Assembly (NCBI GenBank): GCA_038244115.1
Contig: JBBRTU010000001.1
Location: forward strand, 150,632 to 214,631
Length of the DNA: 64,000 nucleotides
Origin: Burkholderiales bacterium
GTDB taxonomy: Bacteria > Pseudomonadota > Gammaproteobacteria > Burkholderiales > JBBRTU01
Direction of reading: 5' to 3'
Shown: one piece after another, positions 50,779 through 60,849 of the stretch
Layout: each line of letters begins with the position of its first letter
How positions within the stretch are numbered: the first letter of the stretch is position 1
Translations under genes and position numbers: made by a program
Notes under the pieces: model-generated
What the model was told of the DNA's origin: nothing
What the model saw: only the letters and a program-made list of their open reading frames with translations
The model's database searches: none

Positions 50779-51279
50779 ATGCTGATCAGTGGATGTGTCA
50801 GCGCACCGATTGGCCCGAGCGTCATGGCGCTGCCCGGCACGGGAAAGAATTTTGATCAGTTCCGTATGGATGATGCCGAATGCAGGCAATACGCCCTCAG
50901 CCAGGTGGGCGGCGCCACAGCGGATCAGGCCGCAACCGCTGCCGGCATTCGCAGTGCCGCAGTGGGTACCGTGGTCGGTGCGGTCGCGGGCGCGGCGATA
51001 GGTGGGCATGAAGGGGCGGGTGCAGGTGCTGGCACCGGGCTGCTAGTCGGCAGCATGGCCGGAGCAGGTGCCGCACAAAGTTCCGCCTACGGAAACCAGC
51101 GACACTATGACAACGCCTATGTCCAGTGCATGTACGCGAAAGGCGAACAAGTTCCGGTTTCCGGCATAAGGTCACGGTCTTGGCAGCAGGCGCCGAATGT
51201 TGTCCAGCCTGCTCCGTCCGGCACTTACCTGCCGCCACCGCCGCCAGGGAATCCACCCCCACCGCCTCCGGGCTACTAA
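50779..51279 (+). CDS. Glycine-zipper lipoprotein with proline-rich tail (start codon unresolved)
   Basis: Lipobox LISGC and a glycine zipper GAVAGAAIGGHEGAGAGAGTGLLVGSMAGAGAA. The only ATG leaves a 5-residue leader, but the in-frame upstream sequence encodes a proper signal peptide (see findings). Confidence 0.7.
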   Translation: MLISGCVSAPIGPSVMALPGTGKNFDQFRMDDAECRQYALSQVGGATADQAATAAGIRSAAVGTVVGAVAGAAIGGHEGAGAGAGTGLLVGSMAGAGAAQSSAYGNQRHYDNAYVQCMYAKGEQVPVSGIRSRSWQQAPNVVQPAPSGTYLPPPPPGNPPPPPPGY

Positions 51280-51294
51280 CGAGGAATCGCGAAA

Positions 51295-51750
51295 ATGAAT
51301 GCTATAAAACGAGCAGTCGCTGTCCTGATGCTGATACCGTGCCTGACCGGCCCGAGTATGGCCGACGAACACGAGCATCACCGGAGCCGCGAGCATGATC
51401 ACAGGTCGGAGTGGCACGGCGAAATCGGACGTTTCCACGAACATGATCTGCAATACTGGCGCGGCGGACGCTGGCATCATGGCCGACACGACGGGCGTGT
51501 GGGATGGTGGTGGATCGTCGGCAGTGTCTGGTATTTCTACCCCGTTCGCATCGAACCCTATCCAGATCCTTACCAGCCGCCGGTGGTTGTCGTGCCCGAA
51601 CTACCAGCCCCGCCGCAATACTGGTATTACTGCACCGATCCAGCCGGCTACTATCCCTATGTCGCGCAATGCAACGTCAATTGGCAGAGGGTGCCTGCAA
51701 CGGCGCAGGCTAACCCGCAACCAGTACCGCCCCCCATGCCACCGCGTTAG
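51295..51750 (+). CDS. Secreted His/Trp-rich protein with C-terminal YYC...GYYPYV...C...W motif
   Basis: 151 aa with a signal peptide, GWWWIVGSVWYFYP and YWYYCTDPAGYYPYVAQCNVNWQRVP. Confidence 0.6.
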   Translation: MNAIKRAVAVLMLIPCLTGPSMADEHEHHRSREHDHRSEWHGEIGRFHEHDLQYWRGGRWHHGRHDGRVGWWWIVGSVWYFYPVRIEPYPDPYQPPVVVVPELPAPPQYWYYCTDPAGYYPYVAQCNVNWQRVPATAQANPQPVPPPMPPR

Positions 51751-53144
51751 CCACTCGTGACGAAAGCTAGGACATCATCATCATGCTCAAGTGCGCTCAC
51801 CACCTCGGCAACGACATCAGTCCAGTCCCCCATTGCCGATTGGCGAAACAGTCGCATCAGTCCCGGATACCATGGAGAATCCTTGCGATCAGTGAGCCAA
51901 CGCCAGTCCGTTTTGTACGCTGGCAACAACACCCAGCATGGCTTGCCGAGCGCACCGGCTAGATGGGCTATAGCTGTATCGACGCAAATTACCAGATCAA
52001 GATTTTCCACCACGGCAGCCGTATCGGCGAAATCCGCTAGCTTCGATCCAAGGTTGATAAGTGGTAATCCACTGGGTGGCTGCGCGGCTTCATCTTCACC
52101 AGCGCCTTTCTGCAGGCTGATAAAACACACACCGGCTACGGCCCACAAAGGCGCTAACACGGCGAGCGATGGCAGAGACCGGTCGGCGTCGTTTTCGAAT
52201 AACGGGTTCCCTTTCCACACCAAGCCAACACGCAGTACGTTGTTTGGGAGAAGCGATGCCCACTTCGCAATCAGATCTTGCGGGGCATTCAGATAAGGAA
52301 TTTTTGCCGGGATGGTATCGATGCGCGTCTTGCAGTGGTAGGGGATACTCAAAAGAGGCGTCCAAAAATCCCAGCCTGATGACGGGATCGGTTCATCGTA
52401 GGCAATGAGGGTGTCTACCCCTTCTAAATCCGCGAACAAACGCTTTAAGGCAGGATGGCATAGCATGGCGATCGACGCGGCACCCTGCGCTTTCAATACA
52501 CTGGCATATCGGCAGAACTGGATCATATCGCCATGACCGGCTTCATAGCCGATCAGTATGGATTTGCCCGCGAGCGGTTCGCCCTGCCAGCGGGGACAGG
52601 TCAGATGAGAGGCCAGTGCCGCATACCAGTTGCGCGCTTCCAGATAGCGCCAACCTTCATCGAATCGGCCCTGGCGCAGCAACAGATAACTTAGATTGAA
52701 GCGCGCCGTTGCGTAAGACTCATCCAGCGCCAGAGCCACACGGTAATGCTGCTCTGCTTCTTTTTCGCGTTTCATGCAGGCGTAGAGCACGCCGAGATTT
52801 GACCAGCATGCCGGCGAGCCATGGTCTAGCGCAATGGCTTGCTTATAGGCTACTTCGGCCTCGTTGAATCGCTTCTGATCCGCAAGGAGTGCACCCAGGT
52901 TAAGATGGGTTTTAGAGCATGCCGGATTAAGCGCTATGGAACGCCGATAGCAGTCTTCCGCGATCTTTGTGGCGCCCTGTCTATCCAGGAGATAGCCCAG
53001 GTTGGCATACGCCTCCGCAAAATCAGGCGCAATTTTTACCGCTTCACAAAAACACGCCTCGGCGCGAGTCAGGTCGCCTGCTTCCATCGAGCGATTACCC
53101 TCGAAAAAAAGCGCTTCGGCATCTGTAAACTCAAGGCTGATCAT
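51747..53144 (-). CDS. TPR-repeat protein fused to a glycosyltransferase family 9-like domain
   Basis: 465 aa with four or more N-terminal TPR units and a C-terminal heptosyltransferase-like pattern (VCVDTAIAHLAGALGKPCWVLLP). Confidence 0.8.
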   Translation of the reverse strand: MISLEFTDAEALFFEGNRSMEAGDLTRAEACFCEAVKIAPDFAEAYANLGYLLDRQGATKIAEDCYRRSIALNPACSKTHLNLGALLADQKRFNEAEVAYKQAIALDHGSPACWSNLGVLYACMKREKEAEQHYRVALALDESYATARFNLSYLLLRQGRFDEGWRYLEARNWYAALASHLTCPRWQGEPLAGKSILIGYEAGHGDMIQFCRYASVLKAQGAASIAMLCHPALKRLFADLEGVDTLIAYDEPIPSSGWDFWTPLLSIPYHCKTRIDTIPAKIPYLNAPQDLIAKWASLLPNNVLRVGLVWKGNPLFENDADRSLPSLAVLAPLWAVAGVCFISLQKGAGEDEAAQPPSGLPLINLGSKLADFADTAAVVENLDLVICVDTAIAHLAGALGKPCWVLLPAYKTDWRWLTDRKDSPWYPGLMRLFRQSAMGDWTDVVAEVVSALEHDDDVLAFVTSG

Positions 53145-53414
53145 GGCAACAATAATTTGATTGAACCCACAATCATCTTAGAGCAGATTTTGAGCCTGAC
53201 CAAATGCAGCAACATCACAAGTATGATGCGGAGCCGCTACTGCCATTGGCGATGGCAAATTGTAACAGCGCGTGCGCTGGTTAAGACGCAGCATTGAATC
53301 AGGGGATATTAAACAGTATGATACATTCAAAGCACGGGGACTATGAATTGAAGCAACCCGAACTTGGTCCAACCAAATACCGGATAGACGGTACTTGCTG
53401 ACGACCTGTCATTC

Positions 53415-55184
53415 TCAGTGCAAGCTTGCCGAGCACCTGGAAATCAAGGCTTCTGGCATGTGAATGCCATAACCCTGCGAGTAATTCACACCAATTGTAT
53501 TGAGCACCTCAAGGATGGCGTCGTTTTCCACGTATTCCGCTATGGTCTCGATCCCCATTTCCTTTGCGATCCGGTGAATCGCATCCACCATGCATAAATC
53601 GATTTTGTTGTGCACAATCTCCTTGACCAAGGCGCCATCTATTTTCAGGAAATCCACCGGCAACGATTTCAGGTAGGTGAACGAAGACATGCCGCTGCCG
53701 AAATCGTCCAACGCAAAACGAAAACCAAGCGCTTTAAGTTCCTGGATAAACTTTGAAATACTCTGCAAGTTATTAACCGCAACAGTTTCGGTGATTTCAA
53801 AACAGACTGCACGGGGCGGGATGTCATATTTGATAATCTGGTCGCGCAGGAAATCCAGGAAGAAATCGTCATTCAGGCTGGCGCCTGATAGATTGATAGA
53901 GCAGAACATTTCACAACTGTTCTCACAGGCTTGGCATTCCGCGTGCATCTCGCGCCAGTAGCTGGATTCCATGGCGAACAAAGTGCGAATAACCCAGCGG
54001 TCAATGGTTGGCATCAAGTTGTATTTTTCTGCGGCTGGAATGAATTCTCCCGGGGAAACCAGTGTGCCATTTTCATCGATCATACGCAGGAGAATCTCCC
54101 TATGCGCCAAGCAATCGTATTGCGCAGGAATAGGATGAATGTTCTGGTAGTACAGGCGAAAGCGATTCTCTTCAAAAGCATGGGTAATGCGCGATATCCA
54201 ATCCATTTCACCGAGTTTGCGCGTGAATTCCTCATCGCGGGAGAACAATTGAATTCGGTTGCGCCCCTTGTCCTTGGCGACATAGCAGGCCGCGTCAGCT
54301 GCACTTAAAATACCTGCGGCGTTTTCGCTGTCGGCAGTTATCGGCGCCACGCCAATGCTGGCACTGGTTTCGAATCGCTTCCCCTGCCAGTGAAAGCGAA
54401 GATTCGAGATATCCTGCCGCAATATCTCCGCAATTTCCATAGCCTGATCCACAGAGCAATCCTCCAGTAACACACCGAATTCATCTCCACCGAGTCTCGC
54501 CAGTATGTCGCCATTGCGTACTTTTGTTTTGATCAGCGCGGCTAGTTGGCGCAGTAACTCGTCTCCGGCAATATGGCCACAGGTATCATTCACCAACCTG
54601 AACTGATCGAGGTCCATATACAGCAGAGAATGGTGCGAGTCGTACCGTTTGGCTTTCTCAAGCAAGGCCACAAGACATCTGCCGAATTCCTGGCGATTGA
54701 AGAATCCTGTCAGATTGTCGTGAATAGCCTGGTGCTCGATTTCCGCCAAAACTGCCTTGCGTTCCGTGTTATCGCGCATCACACCGATGACGAAATCGCC
54801 TCCTTCCAGATCCACTTTGCTCATGCTAATGTCCACCCAGCGTGGCAGCACATTTTCTGGGTGAATTTGGCATTCGAAGCGGACAGGTTGACCGGCAAGA
54901 GCTTGCTTGAATTGCTGCGCAAATAGCGTTCGGCTTTCTTTTGTTCCCATGAAATGGGTGATGGACAAACGCCGTTTATGCATTGTCAGTACGGCTTCAG
55001 TTTCGCCAAGCCAAGATTCAAGCAATTTGTTCGCGACATGAAATTTCATCTGGTCACAAATAACAAATATGCCATCGTTGGCGCTGTTGATATAGGCACG
55101 CAATAGCGTTAGATACGAATCCTTGTCTTCGGCATTTTTGAGTGAAGGAATGGGTACGTTAAGTGATGTTCTATTCTTGAGCAT
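53415..55184 (-). CDS. PAS-GGDEF-EAL signalling protein
   Basis: 589 aa with GGDEF (RLGGDEF) and EAL (EILLRM ... DDFGSGMSS). Confidence 0.93.
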   Translation of the reverse strand: MLKNRTSLNVPIPSLKNAEDKDSYLTLLRAYINSANDGIFVICDQMKFHVANKLLESWLGETEAVLTMHKRRLSITHFMGTKESRTLFAQQFKQALAGQPVRFECQIHPENVLPRWVDISMSKVDLEGGDFVIGVMRDNTERKAVLAEIEHQAIHDNLTGFFNRQEFGRCLVALLEKAKRYDSHHSLLYMDLDQFRLVNDTCGHIAGDELLRQLAALIKTKVRNGDILARLGGDEFGVLLEDCSVDQAMEIAEILRQDISNLRFHWQGKRFETSASIGVAPITADSENAAGILSAADAACYVAKDKGRNRIQLFSRDEEFTRKLGEMDWISRITHAFEENRFRLYYQNIHPIPAQYDCLAHREILLRMIDENGTLVSPGEFIPAAEKYNLMPTIDRWVIRTLFAMESSYWREMHAECQACENSCEMFCSINLSGASLNDDFFLDFLRDQIIKYDIPPRAVCFEITETVAVNNLQSISKFIQELKALGFRFALDDFGSGMSSFTYLKSLPVDFLKIDGALVKEIVHNKIDLCMVDAIHRIAKEMGIETIAEYVENDAILEVLNTIGVNYSQGYGIHMPEALISRCSASLH

Positions 55185-55618
55185 ATATCCGCAACTCTGC
55201 TTTATCCGTCTAAAGGCCGTTTATCGAAAGAAGGCAAGCCAATGACCCAGTGCTTGCAGGCTGCTTGCTGTTGATACCTTTGCCAAAAGATAATCCCAGG
55301 CAGTTCTCCACATTTTGTTTAGTGTATCCGTGGCTATGTGAGCAATATGTATGCCAGAAAATTGGCATGGATTACATTTGCGTTTCTTGTTCAACTTTGA
55401 ACCCAGATTATCCATTAGGGCGTGAAATCACTTGATCGACCGAGGGGACAGACGCTTCACCCTTCCTGCCATTGGGTTATCGCTTGTCCATCTAAAAGAC
55501 AAAATATGTCGAAAATTTTACAACTGCGGGGATTTCTTGACAGTATGACCAAGAAATTCATCCCCGATAATCCGCAATCGTGTACTGTTCATTTTTCGAC
55601 AAAGGCTAAACTCACATC

Positions 55619-56017
55619 ATGCTAGACAATCTCACCCAATTCCTATTGCACTGGGGACTCATGACCCTCTCCTTGTGGGTAGTGAGCAATGTCTTCAAGG
55701 GCATTTCCTTCGAAGACAAGCAGTCGCTTTTTGTCTCGGCATTACTGCTCGGCCTTGGTAATGCCATCGTGCGTCCGCTGCTTATTCTGATCACGCTGCC
55801 GCTAACACTGCTCACCTTCGGATTCTTTCTGCTGGTAGTGAATGCACTGGTGCTGTTGCTGGTTGCTGCCCTGGTAAAGGGATTCAAGATTTCCGGCTTC
55901 TGGACGGCTTTCTTCGCTGCCATCTTCATTTCAATTTTTAGTTTCTTGCTGGATATGCTTTTCACGGGCAACAGCATGAGCAGTTATATGCCATCTGGGG
56001 GCGGGCTTCTGATTTAA
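55619..56017 (+). CDS. Four-TM membrane protein of the phage holin IV / YvlD (DUF360) family
   Basis: 132 aa with the pattern GLGNAIVRPLLILITLPLTLLTFGFFLLVVNALVL. No other phage genes are nearby. Confidence 0.75.
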   Translation: MLDNLTQFLLHWGLMTLSLWVVSNVFKGISFEDKQSLFVSALLLGLGNAIVRPLLILITLPLTLLTFGFFLLVVNALVLLLVAALVKGFKISGFWTAFFAAIFISIFSFLLDMLFTGNSMSSYMPSGGGLLI

Positions 56018-56033
56018 GTGCACCGCTAAAATC

Positions 56034-57092
56034 ATGCATCTACCCACTCCCATACCCGTCACGCTGCTCACTGGTTTTCTCGGCAGCGGCAAAACCACGC
56101 TGCTCAATTATTTGATTCAGCAGTTGCCGCATACCGCGATAATCATGAATGAATTCGGCGAGATTGGTCTCGACCATCAGTTATTGCAACGTTCTGAAGG
56201 GCCGTTGGCGTTGCTTTCCGGCGGATGCATTTGTTGCACCGTACAAGGCGGCCTCTCGCCTACGCTGAAGAATCTTTTCATGGCAGCGAGCAATGGGGAA
56301 ATTCCGTATTTCGAGCGCGTCGTGATCGAAACCACCGGCGTTGCCGATCCTGCGCCGATCATCAACTCGCTGATCAACGACCGCTGGGTGGCTGCACGTT
56401 TTCAGTTGCAAGGCGTGGTCACCACCGTCGATGCCGTGCTGGCGGGACAACAGTTGGAGAGCTACGAAGAAGCGGTGAAGCAGGTGGCCGTCGCCGACCG
56501 CTTGATTCTGACCAAGACCGACCTGACCAGTGCCGCGCAAACTGAAGCGCTACAGCAACAGCTTGCCAGCCTCAATCCGGGTGCCACCATAGTTACAGCA
56601 GTGCGTGGCGAAATCGATCCCACCCAATTGCTGCATGCCAGCCCATACAACCCTGCCACCAAGCCGCCGGAAGTTGCGCAGTGGCTGCGCGAGACGCGCT
56701 TCCGGCCCGCCGCCAACGCGACTTCTCTGGCCATGAAAGTTAATCCGGCGCCGCATTTCGATAATCGCCTGCGTTCAACCAGCCTCTATTTCAATGACCC
56801 GCTGGATCTGGCCGCGCTGTATCAGGCCATCCATACCCTGACCAGCTATCGTCCCAAACATGTATTGCGCATCAAAGGCATCATCCAGCTACGCGGCAGC
56901 GATTCGCCCACCGTCATTCACGGCGTGCAGCACATCCTCTATCCAACTACCACACTATCCGAGTGGCCGGACGAAGACCACCGCAGCCGGCTGGTGATCA
57001 TCACCTACGATCTGGATAAAGCCACGCTGGAAAAGTTACTGAAGGATTTTTCGGAAAGTGTTGTGGGTGGGATTGTTACGCAAACGTCGTAA
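56034..57092 (+). CDS. COG0523 (CobW/YjiA/ZigA-like) metallochaperone GTPase
   Basis: 352 aa with P-loop GFLGSGKTTLLN, the GCICC motif and a CobW C-terminal domain. Confidence 0.92.
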   Translation: MHLPTPIPVTLLTGFLGSGKTTLLNYLIQQLPHTAIIMNEFGEIGLDHQLLQRSEGPLALLSGGCICCTVQGGLSPTLKNLFMAASNGEIPYFERVVIETTGVADPAPIINSLINDRWVAARFQLQGVVTTVDAVLAGQQLESYEEAVKQVAVADRLILTKTDLTSAAQTEALQQQLASLNPGATIVTAVRGEIDPTQLLHASPYNPATKPPEVAQWLRETRFRPAANATSLAMKVNPAPHFDNRLRSTSLYFNDPLDLAALYQAIHTLTSYRPKHVLRIKGIIQLRGSDSPTVIHGVQHILYPTTTLSEWPDEDHRSRLVIITYDLDKATLEKLLKDFSESVVGGIVTQTS

Positions 57093-57111
57093 CCCCCAAA
57101 ACCGTATTTGT

Positions 57112-57229
57112 ACCACGGGGGACACGGGGATCACTGGGAAATCAGGGCTGTGAAGGAAATGAAGGAACTCGACAGGCCATACTTTTGCAACAACTTGAAT
57201 TACCCCGTGTTCCCCGTGCGCCCCGTGGT
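57112..57229. repeat. CCACGGGG-type compound palindrome (second copy, larger loop)
   Basis: CCACGGGG-GACACGGGG-ATCACTGGG ... CCCCGTG-TTCCCCGTG-CGCCCCGTGG, located between convergent genes. Confidence 0.85.
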
Positions 57230-57261
57230 TAAACTGTTTTTTAAAAATAATTCAAAGAGCA

Positions 57262-57894
57262 TTATTTCAACCCCGGCAACAACACCACCAACCCGCTTGC
57301 CAAAATCTCTACCGCCACCGCGGCCAGCAACAAGCCCATCAAGCGTATTGCAATATTTACCCCCGTCTCTCCCAGCCACTTACTGACCGGTGTGGCGAGC
57401 CTGAGCGCCAGCCAGGTGGCCAATGCCACTAGCAGGCAGCACGCGATGATGATGCCAAGATGCATCGGCGATGAACGCTCTGTGGCGTAGACGATAGTAG
57501 TGGAGATTGCGCCGGGGCCAGCTAGCAATGGGATGGCAAGCGGCACCACGGCAATGTTTGCTTTACTCTCGGCTTCTCTGGCTTCTGCCGGCGTTTGCTT
57601 TTCCCGGTTGGGTGCTGCGTGCATCATGGAAATGGCCATCAGTAGAATCAGGATTGCGCCGCCCACTTTGAACGAGGCGATGGTGATGCCGAACATGATT
57701 AGGAGCGGCTGGCCAATCAGTGCAGACAAAATCAGCACCACCGCTACAGAGATACTGGCGGTGCGTGCAATATTTTTCTTTTCGGTCTCGGTGTTGTCGG
57801 CCGTCATGCTCACGAACAGCGGCAGCGCGCTGACCGGATTGACGACAATCACCAGCGCCATGAAGATTTTCAGGTAATCGGCCCAGTGGAGCAT
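57262..57894 (-). CDS. MarC-family (UPF0056) membrane protein
   Basis: 210 aa with 6 TM helices and a family-typical N-terminus (FMALVIVVNPVSALPLF). Confidence 0.88.
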   Translation of the reverse strand: MLHWADYLKIFMALVIVVNPVSALPLFVSMTADNTETEKKNIARTASISVAVVLILSALIGQPLLIMFGITIASFKVGGAILILLMAISMMHAAPNREKQTPAEAREAESKANIAVVPLAIPLLAGPGAISTTIVYATERSSPMHLGIIIACCLLVALATWLALRLATPVSKWLGETGVNIAIRLMGLLLAAVAVEILASGLVVLLPGLK

Positions 57895-58003
57895 GGGGTT
57901 CTTTCTCCCGCATAAAACGTTCTGCTATAGTACCTTGTCAGGCCACTGCTGACGAGAAATGCTGGCCTGGATCTACTCTACCTGGCTTCTTCTGGAGTGC
58001 ACG

Positions 58004-59032
58004 ATGAAATATCACACGCTGGGAAACAGCGATCTGAACGTTTCCGAAATCTGTCTCGGCACGATGACTTTCGGCGAACAGAACAGCGCCGATGATGCGC
58101 GCATACAGCTGGATTATGCGTTGTCGTGCGGCGTCAATTTCATCGACACCGCTGAAATGTATCCCGTGCCGCCACGTGCCGAAACCTGCCGACGCACTGA
58201 GGACTACATCGGACGCTGGCTAAAATCCCAGGCGCGCGACAAGCTGGTGGTGGCCACAAAAGTGACCGGGCCTGCGCGTGGCTTTGATTGGATTCGAGGT
58301 GGGCCGAGCGTGACACGGCGGCACATCGAAGAAGCCATTGACGGCAGTCTGCGCAGGTTGCAAACCGATTACATCGATCTGTATCAGATCCATTGGCCGG
58401 ATCGGAATGTGCCGATGTTTGGCCAATCAACTTTCGATGTCACTGCGGAACGGGATACCACGCCTATCGCGGAACAGTTGGCTGCCTTGGGCAACCTGGT
58501 CAAAGCAGGGAAAATTCGCTACGTGGGGCTGAGCAATGAAACACCGTGGGGCGTGTGCGAGTTTGTCCGCATTGCCGAACAGGCCGGGTTACCGCGCGTG
58601 GTTTCTATCCAGAACGCATACAACCTGATCAACCGGGTATTCGAGTACGGCCTCTCGGAAACCTGTTACCGGGAAAACATCGGATTACTTGCCTACAGTC
58701 CTTTGGCCTTCGGTTCGCTGAGCGGCAAGTACCTTTCCGGCGGTAGCGGGCGCATGACCTTATTTCCCGGATTCGGCCAGCGCTATAACAAGCCCAATGT
58801 CAACGAAGCGGTCGGTGCCTATTGCGCACTCGCCCTTGAAACCGGTGTCACGCCGGCCACGCTGGCGCTGGCATTCGTACGCAGCCGCCAGTTCGTCGCC
58901 AGCACCATTATCGGGGCGACCAGCATGGCGCAGCTCAAAGAAAATATCGACAGTACGACGTTGGAATTGAGTGTGGCCGTGTTACAAGAAATCGCGACGA
59001 TCCATGCGCGTTACGCCGATCCTGCACCTTAG
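58004..59032 (+). CDS. NADP(H)-dependent aldo-keto reductase (Tas-like)
   Basis: Start moved to MKYHTLGNSDLNVSEICLGTMTFG (GGAG upstream). Contains IDTAEMY and LYQIHWPD motifs. Confidence 0.92.
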   Translation: MKYHTLGNSDLNVSEICLGTMTFGEQNSADDARIQLDYALSCGVNFIDTAEMYPVPPRAETCRRTEDYIGRWLKSQARDKLVVATKVTGPARGFDWIRGGPSVTRRHIEEAIDGSLRRLQTDYIDLYQIHWPDRNVPMFGQSTFDVTAERDTTPIAEQLAALGNLVKAGKIRYVGLSNETPWGVCEFVRIAEQAGLPRVVSIQNAYNLINRVFEYGLSETCYRENIGLLAYSPLAFGSLSGKYLSGGSGRMTLFPGFGQRYNKPNVNEAVGAYCALALETGVTPATLALAFVRSRQFVASTIIGATSMAQLKENIDSTTLELSVAVLQEIATIHARYADPAP

Positions 59033-59052
59033 CAGCCTGTCTGCCAAGGCTT

Positions 59053-60568
59053 TTAGCCGCCGGTCACTTCGCTGAGTTCAATCCAGAAGCAGCTACCCTT
59101 GCCCTCAATACTGCTCACCCCGATCTCGCCACCCATGAGTTCTACCAGCCTTTTGGTAATGGCAAGACCGATGCCCGTTCCTACAATGCAGGATGCATCT
59201 GCGCCTGCACGGTTGAATGGCTGAAATAACTGGTCAAGTTTGTCTGCGGAAATTCCTGCGCCGCTGTCGGTAATGCTTATACGCAGCCTGTTGTTTTGGA
59301 GTTGTTTGCACTCCAGAATGACTGTGCCATTTTCCTTGTTGTACTTGATTGCATTAGATAGCAAGTTTAGGAATGCCTGTTTCAGGCGTAGGTTGTCTGC
59401 CCGCACAATATGTGTCAAACAAGGAGATATGTGGTCGATAATTTTGATTTGGTGAGTGCGGGACAGAGGTGAAACCAGCGAGATGCACTGCTGCAACAAT
59501 TCGGAAAGATAGACATCTTCAACGAGTACATGCATCTTGCCGGCTTCAATCTGCGACAAATCCAATGTCTCGTTTATCAGTTCAAGTAGGTGCCGTCCTG
59601 CTTTCAGGATTTGTTCGGTATCTTCTTTCTGCGAACTCGTGAGTTGATCCACCTGATCGGTTTCCAACAGTTGAGCAAACCCAAGGATCGCATTAAGTGG
59701 GGTGCGCAATTCATGAGACATGCGGGTTAAAAATTCGGATTTGGCGCGGTTGCCAGCTTCCGCCGCCTGCCGGGCCTGATCCAGTTCTTCCTCATGCAGT
59801 TTTTGCGGGGTGATATCCGTACGGATCGATACATACTGGTAGGGCAGCCCTGCAGCATCCAGAAAAGGCACAATGGTTGTGCTCATCCAATAGAAACTGC
59901 CATCCTTTTTCCGGTTTTTTATTTCACCATGCCATACCTTGCCCTGCGCGATGGCTTGCCACATTTCCGCAAAGAACTCATCGGAGTGATAGCCTGATTT
60001 CAGAAGGCGATGGTTCTTCCCAAGCAATTCCTCGCGCGGATATTGACTGATTTCAGAGAATTTGTCGTTGGCATAGATAATATTCCCGCTAACATCGGCA
60101 ATGCTAACGATCGAGTGCTGGTCCAGCGCAAATTTTAGACGTTCCAGTTCTGCTAGCATTTTTTCCAGTATCTGCCACTGTTGTTTTTGCTCGCCAATAT
60201 CCGTGAATACGGCGGCGGTGCGGCATTACACCATTTACGTTTACCGCAGGAGCCACCGCAATTTCCAGCGCCATGCGTGTCGTGTTCTTGCCAAGGCCGC
60301 CTATTTGATAATTGCTTTTGACGGATTCACCGGCTAGATGCCGACGGTAAGTTTCGAGGATCTGCTGCCGGTCATATGGATGCACAAGCTCCGCAAATGA
60401 GGAAAATGCCTTGATTTCCTCGCTGGTATATCCAAAAATGTGGCACACTGCTTCATTACTAAAAACAACTCGGCCTTCTTCGAGAATGAGCACAGCTTCG
60501 ACGAAGTCGGGTTGAGCCTTAACTAACGAGTGATATAACTCAGCGTCTATAGCCAACTCATTTTCCAA
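59053..60568 (-). pseudogene. PAS-PAS histidine kinase split by a frameshift (or sequencing error) near 60211-60228
   Basis: ORF 60104-60568 encodes the PAS1 domain. ORF 59053-60159 encodes PAS2, HisKA (SHELRTPLN) and HATPase. The downstream frame already reads RTAAVFTDIGEQKQQWQILEK before its first ATG, so the two ORFs are one gene broken by a 1-nt shift in a GC-rich run (GCGGCGGCGGTGCGG). Confidence 0.75.
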
Positions 60569-60849
60569 CTATTTCCCCGCTCCCAATACAGTTAATTACC
60601 ATTTAATAAGAATGGTCATTCTATAAGCATTGTTGATATATTGGAATAGTTTTAATGTCTGGAAACCATCTTTGGGACAAGCGATAAGCGTGAAGAATTT
60701 GCTACGTCTAGAATAAAGTCCGCCAAATATTTGATCACCGGCAGAACCTTTGATTCAGATCTTTGATAGCGCAAGTTGCGCACACATCATTTTCCCAGAT
60801 GGGTACGCACGGCACACACCCGAGTTCATGACAACGCCCAGATTCTGTC

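Noticed and set aside
55619-56017. Holin-family gene as evidence of a prophage
   Set aside because: Holin IV/YvlD-type four-TM proteins are common stand-alone chromosomal genes. No lysin, terminase or structural genes are adjacent.
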